DNA of 64,000 nucleotides from Lama glama (Eukaryota): NCBI GenBank assembly GCA_028534125.1, contig CM052818.1, positions 18,168,001 to 18,232,000 of the forward strand, read 5' to 3'. Shown piece by piece: positions 52,893 to 64,000 of this stretch (position 1 is its first letter; each line of letters starts with the position of its first letter). The notes under the pieces were generated by a model. It saw only the letters and a program-made list of their open reading frames with translations, ran no database searches and was not told where the DNA came from. The position numbers and the translations under genes were made by a program.

Positions 52893-53000
52893 TAGGGTGA
52901 CCATAAGCCCTGGGTGCCCAGGATAGCTCTGGCGTAATTATGAACACAGTTCACTTTCACTCTCAGAACAATCCCAGTTTAAATGATAAACTAAATGGTT
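52893..53000. mobile_element. hAT-Blackjack MITE (MER81/MER94-like)
   Basis: TAGGGTGACCATA...TGCCCAGGA...TCCCAGTTT...AAATGGT. Confidence 0.5.
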
Positions 53001-53349
53001 TCTTTAAAAACCTCATTCTAAATACTGGCATTAAAGCTGAGCTATTTCCAGATAACTGAGAGCTACAAAAATAAAAATATAGCGTTAAGGTAGGTAGTTT
53101 GGCCACAATGTAGTTGGAATGATTCAGCAGGACTATTCTGCAGAAACAAAGGAGGGTCCACAGCCTTTCAGGGTCACCAAGGGACAACAGAGGGAGGGGC
53201 TCCTCTTCCCTGGAGGGTGGCTGAGCACAGCCCAGCAGAAGGCACTGTGTCAGCCTGCCAGCCGAGCAGCCCAGCCTGCTGCTTTCGGTCCCCGCCTCCC
53301 GGGCTGCCTTGCTTTCCAGGGCACCTAAGCAGAGGTGGGCTGCCTTTAG

Positions 53350-53560
53350 AGCGAAGACATTTATATGTGAATTGTGGGCTTATCAGTTACCAGCTGTGTG
53401 ACCCAGGACAGATCCACTTAACCTCTCTAAGCCTCAGTTTTTCTATCCACAAAATGAGAATAATCAGAGCTGCCCTGGAGGGTTGGTATAAAGATCAGAG
53501 ATTCTGTGAGTGAAATATTTATCCTGGGCTCTAGTGCAAAGTGAGCACAAAATAAATAGA
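53350..53560 (+). mobile_element. MIR SINE
   Basis: TTACCAGCTGTGTGACC...CACTTAACCTCTCTAAGCCTCAGTTTT. Confidence 0.75.
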
Positions 53561-53854
53561 AGCTGTGTTCTGAATTCTGCACAATTTAGTAGAGGACTCT
53601 CCACATCTCATAAATGGGTCCCTATTTTTATATGTCTGGCTCCGATCAATCCTGTGCATCAGCCAAGCCCTTGAGGACAGCGTCTCCATTCTCTGCCTTA
53701 GTTTTGCCCACAGCACCCAGTGTCCCAGAGTTCAAGGCACAAAGCAGGCCTTCCATACATTCCTACTCAGTGAAGCAGTTGCCTCCCAAGCTCAGTGAAC
53801 ACGGATGGCCAGGGCCTGCCACCTCTTTCCCTTGTCCTAGAAAGTAAGACATCA

Positions 53855-54006
53855 ATAACCTATAATGAAAAGAATCTGAAAAAGAATATATATGTGTGTA
53901 TGTATCATTGAATCACTTTGCTGTACACCTGAAACTAACACAACACTGTAAATCAACTACACTTCAATAAAATAAGAAAAGATGAAACTGTTAAAAAAAA
54001 AAAAAA
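53855..54006 (+). mobile_element. 5'-truncated young L1 3' UTR
   Basis: ...GAATCACTTTGCTGTACACCTGAAACTAACACAAC...CTTCAATAAAA, poly(A), TSD AGACATCA. Confidence 0.85.
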
Positions 54007-56609
54007 GAGAGAGAGAGAGACATCACAGCACCAGGGCTGCCCGAGAAGCCTGCAGGGAAGGCGACATTATTGTGAGGCAACGGCAAGGGGACCTTTGTGG
54101 AGTCAAATAAACTCTCCTTTGAAAGCAGTGAGATTTCACTGCTTCTCTTTTCTTTAACCGTATTCATAATGGGATGTCGGTACTACTTTTCTTCATTCTA
54201 AAGAATAAAAATAGAAGAGACCTTGGGTTTTCAGCCGGCAGTGCTATGTTGCTGCCAATTGACACCCTTGCTTTCGTAAACAGTGCCCCTGCTCTGCCGC
54301 TGTTTTGAATACGCCTATATCCTGCCTATAGGTACACAGTTAGAATGTTTTGTTTCACTGGGGGTTTGGTTGAGAGGTCCAGGTGGGTGCAGGAACCAGC
54401 TAAGTGAGAGAATGCCACACCTACTTATCTTTACTGCTAGGGACTCAGCTTAAAATCAATGTTCCCAAAAGCCCTGCAGGCCACACAGTTTGTAATTAAG
54501 TGTAAGGCAACACCTCCATTCTTGATTGTATTCCTGTGAAGTAAAGAATGTTATATGTTGTCATCTTGTTGTCATAACTAAATGTTTACCTCCTTAAGAC
54601 AAAGGGCAGGATCCTAGACTTGTACATATCAACTCCTAGAGCTAAACTTTTTGGAAGACACCAGGTGTAGATTTATATTAATAGTGGCTTCACTACAAAA
54701 ATTTCTGAAAATATTCATTGGCCTTGAATTTTTTATGAAACTTCTCACAATCAAACCAGTGACTAGTTGCAGCCACCACCTGTTTCCCTACCCCTAACCC
54801 CAGCCCCTGCCTGGTGTCTGAACAGACGATGCATCTGACCCTCCTATCCATGCATCCCCATTCCCAAGTGTGCTCCCTTTCAATTTCTACTTACTCTGAA
54901 GCCTAGAAGTGCTGGGGTCAAGACCCTGACCCAAAGATCATTTGCAGAGACTAAGATGTGACTTGGATTCTCTCCGTTGTGTTTTTAAAAGCGCCTGAGA
55001 CCTTCTATGTTTCTCTGTGGGAAATTAAACTAATGCAAGAATATCAAAAGCCACTTTGTTCAAAAGCAGCCCCGATTGTCCATCAGGCTGACAAAACTGC
55101 CTGCCCTTCACCTATCAGCAGTCTTCATGGTAACATTTTGTTTTGACCATGTGCTTCATTTGTTATCCAATCTGTCAAGGACAAGTCGGAGGGGACATCA
55201 CCCCTCTGCCCGCCACAGGTTGGCCTTGAAATCCTCAAGTCCTGAGTGGGAGAAAGGGTCCAAGAAGGGGAGACACGGGTCAGCGAAGGTCCGTGTCACC
55301 AGTTACAGTGATGACTGGCTCAGGCAGGGTCAGTGGCAGGCAGGTTTAACCATCATGTGACCAAAGTCATTGGCCCACCACTTCACCACATACACCAAGT
55401 GGGAAATCATCACTAAACAGATTTGCTCTTCCAGGGATGAGCTGCTTACCTTTCTTTTTCACCACAACAGAGCTTTCATGTGTGCATCCCACACTGTCTT
55501 CACAACAGCCCTGGGAGTTCTCCATGGATGCCACAGGACTGACAAAGCTATGGATGGAGCCCGGTCTCCCAACTCCAGTGGACTGCTCCTTCCTTTGCTG
55601 GCCTTACGCATAGGTAATGCAGACTATCGGCTGTGTGGTGTCCTAAAGGATGTGCCCCTGGACCATCTCCCCAGCACTCTACATACTCTGTCAACTGCCT
55701 CTCCTTAGCCTCCACTGCTAGTGCCCAGTAAAATTCCCTTCATTAGGTCAAGCACTCCTCACTGGCACCCATCCTGAATTCCCAGTGCAGTTGTAGAGGC
55801 TGTGCACTGCTCAACCCAAGAGGGTTCATTAACATTACAGTCTAAAAGAATGTCTTGTATCAATATACAAAAACATGTGCTATGGCCCATCAGGCCAGGT
55901 ATGACTGGTTGTGGGGCTGCTCTGCTAGGTTCCTATGTAGTGTCCTATCACGTTTACATAATTCCACCTAATTCTTACTATAGATTATATAATAGAATAA
56001 AATTTAGTAAATAAAGTTTAATGTGTTAAAGATGTAAAATAGGAAGTGTAATTAAGATGATAATATTGATAATAACGTGGATTTAAGGATGCTACTTGAA
56101 AGATCTAGTGTCCAAAGATTATCATATTTTACTAAATATTTATAAACTCTACATTTTGCTCTTATCATATCACAAGGAACTTCTATACCTGCCTAAAGCT
56201 CTTACTGTACTTCACTCAGGCCACTAATATTAAAGCAAGACTGTATTAGATTCACATGAACAAATGAAATTATAATATGATGATATATAAAAAGAGAAAA
56301 GGAATTTATTTTTTAAAATAAATATAAACCTACCAAATATGAATTTCTGAATGGCGAATAAATATCTTTGGTCATTTTAAAGTATCACAGTAAAAAAAAA
56401 AAACAGCTTACATTATTTCTTTCTTGGGGTAGCAACATGCTTAGTTAGTAATTGAACAAACTACTAAAGGCTGAAAGTGAATCTTCAACATTGTCGCTGT
56501 CAGTATCTCTATTGGCTTAACTTGTACTTTGGAAAACATTAAGGAAAAAAAGGAAAAATTACCTAGCATACACGATGATGTCCTCTCTAAATGCTTACAT
56601 ACCTGCAGT

Positions 56610-56755
56610 AAATATTGGCAGAAGTGGCTATAATTACTTCCATCACTTTGCCATGTGACTTTGTGTTCCTCTCACCAAGAGGTGGAGACTGTGTCCCCAG
56701 CCCTCGAATCTGACTAGACTTGTGACTTGGCATAACCAACAGATTGCAAAAGAAG
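56610..56755 (+). mobile_element. MaLR LTR 5' fragment (MLT1J-like)
   Basis: GCCATGTGACTTTG...CAAGAGGTGGAG...CCCTCGAATCTG...TTGTGACTTG. Confidence 0.6.
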
Positions 56756-57948
56756 CTATCTCCAGCATGAGAACAGCCTTCTCCCCAGTTAGCAGATAAA
56801 GAAATGTTCTCCCGGCCACCCCAGAGACCCTATCTTCACATGACTACCCTGGAAAGAAAAGTGGTTTGGAAATTAAATCTTCAGATTTATTTATCAGCCA
56901 TTTCACATTTCTGACCTGTGACAGAGCTGCCTTGGTGAAGAATTGTACCCAGTTGTGTGAGAACATCAGCATCCACAGAATAAAAACTGCCTCAAGCAAC
57001 TGCATTGAGTCCTCCAGTCCAATGGTGCAGGCAGGCTACTACCTCAACATTGAGATTCGAGATCTTTGTGATTTGAGAAACTTTAACTTATGAAATCAGT
57101 AAGCTAAAAGGACCCTGATTTCCTAAGAGGTTCCAAAGAGTACATTGTTAAGACAACAACCATAACCATAATCATCATCCCCTGATATTTGCATAGTCCT
57201 TAACCTCTAGGAAATCTACAGGGAAATCTGAGCAACCTGAAGGCAGTGTCGAATACACGGTGTCCTCTGATGCGAGGAAGCACTGGCAAATGACCTCAAA
57301 AGGAGGCTCTTCCCGAAACAGAGTAAGTGGAAGAAAAAGTCAACGGAAGCTAATGACTCGATAAAAAGGATGATGAGAGTCAGGTGGGAGATATACAAGG
57401 GTAGAACAAAATCTGTATGCCACATAATTTTTCAGGACTGAACATTCAGTAATAAGGAGTTTATTTCGGGTTTATCACCACCAATCTGCTGGTAAGCTGT
57501 TAGAACCGCTTTTTCCACACATTAGTTTCCCTTTTATGTTTGAGAAGGGTTTTTTCCTTCTGTATCTGACACTGGTGCCAAACATTGTTGCCACGATTGC
57601 TATGCCCAATTCTCTGATGATGGTCTGAGTAGCCACTTCTCTTCTTTCAAGGAGAAGAAAGCAAATTCAGACAGCTGCTTCAGACAGCATGCCTATATAT
57701 TCACCCTATGACATTTTCTATCTAGCCAGATTCTCATAAAGTTCATAGAACTCGTGATGATGCTAAACAACCCAAAACAACACCTGAGGCTTCAGCCCCT
57801 GAGATAAAACAGACCACATTGGAGCTAATTCTAAAGTGAAAATGCAGATAAACTCTAGTATACTCAAAGCTCTATTGGATAAAGAATGGCTGAAGGAACT
57901 GAGAATTACCTAAACAGGTATGAGGATGATTCAGGAGGTACCAAATAG

Positions 57949-58146
57949 CCAGTGATGTGCTAGGACAATTTCTCATTCATAAGAACACATTGATAAATAT
58001 TCAGGAATCTTGCAAGCTGGTTCACATCACAATCGTAGCTTGATACAAGCTATAGTGGCAGAATTTACACTGTGAAAATTAACAAATGCTACAAAGAAGG
58101 AATTTTTTTTCTAGGAAGCTGTTAAACATTTACCAGCATATCTCTA
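57949..58146. mobile_element. hAT MER63-like element
   Basis: CCAGTGATGTGCT...TGTTAAACATTTACCAGCATA termini. Confidence 0.55.
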
Positions 58147-58319
58147 AAAACAGCTGTCTTCCATTATTTTAAAACTTAAGTTTGGAAAGACACTATATTT
58201 GGTCATAAGCAAAGCTTCTCAAAGCTTTCCAATGTACTATATGCAAAGACAAATGAGAATAAAGAAACTTCTTGGAGCTCCAGTGACATGGTCCAAAGTG
58301 GCAGAGAATCTAAGCAAAT

Positions 58320-61300
58320 ATTGAATGTATAAAATAATGAGGACATACAATAATGACAGAACTAAAATACTGGACAACAAAAAAAATGTTTTATCTAGCT
58401 AGTGAGTAGGCTTAAAAATTTTAAATCCATGCATTTTTCAGGCAGGGATTTTCAATACTAATAAAAATAAGCTTCTAAATAAAAGGTATAAGCTAAGAGT
58501 ATAAGGTAAAAATTTGAGAGTAACCATTAAAATTAGTAAGGAGAGTATATAACATCCAAAACAGTAGATGGAACAAAATAGAATAAGAAAACAAAACAAA
58601 ACAAAGCAATAAAAGAACCAAACACACAAAAATTCAACAAATAAAAGACAAGAAAGGGAAAAATGGAGCATGTAAAATTGTAACAAAATAGAAAGCAAGT
58701 TGCATGGTAGGAAAAAAAGCATCCATATAGATCAATAATTAAGATAAATGTAAACTATTAAGGTCATCTGTTAAAAGAGATCTACAAGAATGTATTAAAG
58801 CAAAAAATTCAGTTAAGTGGTTATAAAAGACGTGCCCAAAACACAAAGACACAGAAAGGTTGAAAGCATAAAGGCATAAAAAATTATACTAGAAAAATGT
58901 TTATCAAATGAAAAGCTGGTATATCTATATTGATTCCAGACAAAATTGATTTTAAGACAAAAGACAATTATTATGGTTACAGTTAGATGCTACATAATTA
59001 CAGAAGGCTTAATTCACCATGTATACATTCCATTCTAAACCTGTATGCCCAAAGTAGCATTTATATGTAAAGAAAAATATAAAGATAAGATATAGGGACA
59101 ATTTGCACCATTCTAATCATGTGAAATTTCAATAGAAATCCCTTGCTTAGTTTACTTAAAACTTAGAGTGTCGGCAAATATATAGACAAGTTTAGCAAAA
59201 TAATAATATGCTAGATTTATGAGACAAATATAGAACCTGTTACAAGTAAATAGATAGTACTGATTCTTCTCAAGCTCAAGATTATTTACAAAATATTTAC
59301 AAAAATTAACTGTACTAAGCCACAAAACACATACCAACATGTTTAGGGGTAAAAATCAGTGCCGACCAGATTCTTCGACCATTGTGCAGTTTAAATTGGA
59401 GGTCAGTAACAAAGAAATAAATTTAAATATCTCTGTAGTTTGTAGATTTCAAAACTATGCATCTCAATTATCTGTGAGTCAAAGAAGAAATAATAATGGA
59501 AAATTGAGAAATATTTAGAACTAAGCTATAATGAAAAATTTACCTACCAATATTTGTAGAATAGAGCTAAGGCAAAGATTATAGGGAAATTTGCAGATTA
59601 AGTATATATATATTAGAAAGGAAGAAGACTTGAAAAACTAATGAACTGACATTCAAATAAGAGGTTTAAAAATAGAGCAAAAAGAAAATAGAGGGAAAAA
59701 TCAGAGCAAAATTGTCGAAAGAGAAAATAAAGATAGAATAAGACAAAAGTCAGTCCTTTGGAGGACAATTAAATAGAGAAAATTTTGGCAAGTTTGGGTA
59801 ATACAAAGAAAATGGATAGACATAAATAACACTAGAATTTTTTAAAAATTTTTAAAATAGAATACTAAATATCTCTATGATAATACATTTTAAAACCTCA
59901 ATGAAATATTCTTAGAAAATTTATAGCATAGGATTTTAAGAAATAGGAAGTTTTAATAGCCCAGTAACAAAGAAAGAAGTTGTATTAATATTTTAAAATC
60001 TTCACACACACACACACACACCATTAGACCAGGCTTGGTTGGTTTACAGGCAAATAAAGCCACACTTTCAAGAAATAGATTATTCCAATTGGAAACAGTT
60101 TATTTTCCTAAGAACAAAATAAGATGGATTATTGCCCAACTCAGTCTATGAGGAAAATATATCCTTGATATCACATTATATAAGGACAATACAAAAAAGG
60201 AAAATTAGAAATTACATTACTCACTAAAAATTACTCATTACTAAATTACAAATTACTTATGAACTTAGATCACGAAAGCCTAAATATTAGGAAATCAAAC
60301 CTCTCAGAGTATAAAATGACAGTAACCACATTTGTTAATCCTAGGATTATGAGTAGTTTAATAGTATAAATATCATTGTAACTCAGTAAATTAATAGGTT
60401 AGAGGTAAAAACAAGCGCAGAAAAGCATTTGACACTATTCATCTCTATTCATGGTAAGAAACAAATTCTTAGAAAACTTTTCTAAGATCGATAATCTGAT
60501 CTCTAACCTGATAGATATCAAAAGCCTGTAACAAATACCATTTTAGTGGTGAAAAATTAGAAAACATTTTCTTTAAAATCAGGAATATTACATGAATGCT
60601 CACCATAACGTCTATGTATCTCTGAACTGGGTCTCCTAACCAAAGAAAAAGAAAGGAAGAGAGAGAGGGAGAAGAAGGAAGGGAAAATGAGGGGTGGCAG
60701 GAAGGAAGGAGAGTGAAAGGGAATAAGGAGGAAGGAAGAAAGAAAGGAAGTAATTAGAAAAGAAGAAATAAACTCATATATATGATATATATATGGAATT
60801 GTTTAGATGTAGATGATTGTCAACAGAAAGTGTAGCAAGGCAAATTGGTATAAGATGAATATTCCAAAATCAAACATAAAATGTAATTTTAAATACTGAT
60901 ATTATTTAAGTAGCAAAAAACATGTTTAGGTTGTGCAGAAATAAATTTAATATATTAAGACCTTTATTGGAGAAGTATAAAACTTTACTGGAAGATATCA
61001 AAGAAGGCCTTAAAAACTTTGGTGATATACTATGTTTAGGAATAGGAAGATTTAATATCTTAAAAGGGATAAATTTTTCCCAAATGAATCTATACAAGCA
61101 ATATAATTCCAAACAAAATTCTACCAGGATTTTTTTCAAGAAGCTTAACAAGTTGACTCTAAAATTCATATGGAGTAAGAAAGGTCCAATAGGCATGATA
61201 CTACTATGAGAAATAAGACAGAGGTATTTTCTTGCCACAAGTCAAGACTATTGCAAAGTTTTAGTAATTAAGACAGTATGTCATCAGCGCAGAGAAAAAG

Positions 61301-62080
61301 GACAATGGATTATATAAAAGAGCTTAAACACAAATCTATGCAAAATAGTTGTTACTTGAGATTTGATAAAGATAATTTTGCAAATGAGAGAAAAAAAGAG
61401 TGTCTATTCAATACATGATTCTAAGACAACTGTTTATCCATGTGCATAAAAACCATATGCCATTGAATAAAACTGAAATTGAGTTCCTGACTCATAGCAC
61501 ACATAAATATCAATACCAAATAGATTATAGACTTAAATGTGCAGAGCAAAACTATGAAACTTTTAGAAGAAAATATAGGAGAATATTTTTATGGCCTCAG
61601 AATAAAGAAAGATTACAGGAGGATGAAAACATAAATTGTATATTTATACAATGGAATACTACACAGTAGTGAAACTGAATAGACTATAGCCACACAGATG
61701 CTTCTTTAAAATGTCAAGGTAGTGTAAGGTAGCAAGCAACAAAAGGTGACTTAATGGGTAATGAAATTTGTATAAAATCCAAAACAAGCAAAACTAAGCA
61801 AGATATTGTTTGAAGATACAAACTTTGGTGATAAAATTAATTTTTAAAAACAAAGGAATAATAACTACGAAATTCAGATTAATGGTCACTTCCAGGCATA
61901 GGAACATAAGAGGGATAAAGGAGGAGAAACTAAGTAGATGCAGTGGCATTGGTTATGTCCTATTTCTTCAATTCATGACTGTTTATTATTTTGCTTAATA
62001 AGTCACATTTGGTTTACACATGTTGTCCATAAGTTGTGAATACAACATAGTTTTAAAATCTAAAGTCTCAATTTTAAAAA
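58320..62080 (+). mobile_element. Ancient degenerate L1 (ORF2 EN/RT remnants and 3' end)
   Basis: A-rich. The frame at 60922-61209 gives YKTLLEDIKEGL...IGRFNILK...FFKKLNKLTLKFIWSKKGP, an L1 ORF2p signature. AAAAGCATTTGAC at about 60421. Confidence 0.9.
60641..60750. repeat. GA-rich low-complexity tract within L1
   Basis: Almost pure purine on the + strand. Confidence 0.8.
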
Positions 62081-63379
62081 GATTTCTGCTCGTTATACAA
62101 TGACAAATTTAATTATAACTGGAGCACTCTAAAATCTCAGTGGGAATTCATAAGGCAGGGGTATGGGTGAGAGGTTCAATTGGTAATGAGTTCTTTGGTC
62201 ACTGGAGTTAGTCAAGGAGAGGTAAATAAACTCCTTTAAATTACTGTGGATATTTTAAAGCCAATTTAAGCATGGTTGGTTGCTTGAATTAAATCCCTTC
62301 CACATCTGAAAGGATATAATCCCATGGATCAATCACTGAACGAAATAATTTCACTGTTCATGTTAGCCAAAATTGTAACAACATGGAGTCCATATAGATA
62401 TTGCCTGAATCTTCCAATACTGGAGTTAGAATGAATCAATTGCTCCCAGAAGCAGCCAGGGAACAACTTCACCCTAAAAGTCATTTCCTTCTGTGTTTCA
62501 TGTGTTTTCACTATACATCATCATTCCTTGGTGAGGGAGGGGAGAGGAAGGATGGAGAAGGAGAGATATATACATGTTTAGCATTTTCACATAACTCACT
62601 TTATGCAACTAATTACCTAAAGATAGTGTTGAAACTAATTTTAGCAAGTAATACGTTGTAGGCAGGATCTTAGAGAATATTCTGCCTTTGAAACTTCATA
62701 GATCCTGGAGTTGAAAGTAGAAGGCCCCTCTCCTGAAATTGTTACCAAACGTTCCTCAGATCCCTCACCATCAAGGAGATGGGGGAGTGTGGACGAAGTG
62801 CCATCATCTCACCTACACAGGACATTGAAAACTAAATTAAAAGCACAGATGAAATAAATTCATTTGTGCCAACTTCCAGGAGGCAAGGGCAATCTCCCAA
62901 GCTTAGAAATGAGAGAAACCAGAAAGGATGTGCAATAGGGGATAAACTCCTGGCACCTACTAAATCCCACTGAAAACACAGCCAATCCCGCAGGTCACTC
63001 AGATTAGTCAATTATCGCAGCAGGTAACTCTCAGAAGTGCCTCTTACCTATGGAACGCTGCTTGGGGCTTACTAATCCACTGACTGCCTTCTGAGCAGCA
63101 CCATTTTCGGTTATTACAGCAAGAAAGAGGGTAAATGGCTAAACCCAGAAATTCAGGTTTTATGTCAAACAAGCTGGAGGAAGAGGTTGATGCCAAGACT
63201 AGAAACAGGTCACTGCCCTTCACTGAGTGACACTCTTAGTGATGTTTCACATTGTGGATTGCATCTTTTTTGGAGAAAGTCAATCATGTCACTCTTTTGA
63301 GAAGAGAATAGTGACCAACAGGGACACTTCTAGAGTGATATTAATATAAACTATTCCAGACACGCATTGAGGTTCTCTA

Positions 63380-64000
<621 letters not shown>

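Noticed and set aside
60922..61209. ORF with L1 ORF2p similarity
   Set aside because: Short surviving frame in a heavily decayed L1, not a functional gene.

Overview
Mammalian DNA, most likely a camelid (Camelus/Vicugna/Lama, judged from a tRNA-derived camelid-type SINE and cetartiodactyl-type L1 3' ends). About 63 kb of repeat-rich intergenic sequence (MIR, L2, old and young L1, MaLR/ERVL LTRs, three ERV1-type solo LTRs, hAT/Tigger fossils) lies upstream of the FSHR promoter and coding exon 1 (ATG 63656, donor 63808, + strand). The most unusual object is a young, internally deleted betaretrovirus-like provirus at 46036-47271 (- strand). It has a perfect 6-bp TSD, a 69-bp 5' LTR stub, an env tail, a PPT and a 913-bp 3' LTR with an MMTV-like TATA/AGTAAA layout. 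Its U3 carries a frameshifted ORF for a predicted type II membrane glycoprotein that starts at the same position as MMTV sag. Repeat subfamily names and most repeat boundaries are recognised by eye and are approximate. Nearly all ORFs in the supplied track are spurious.
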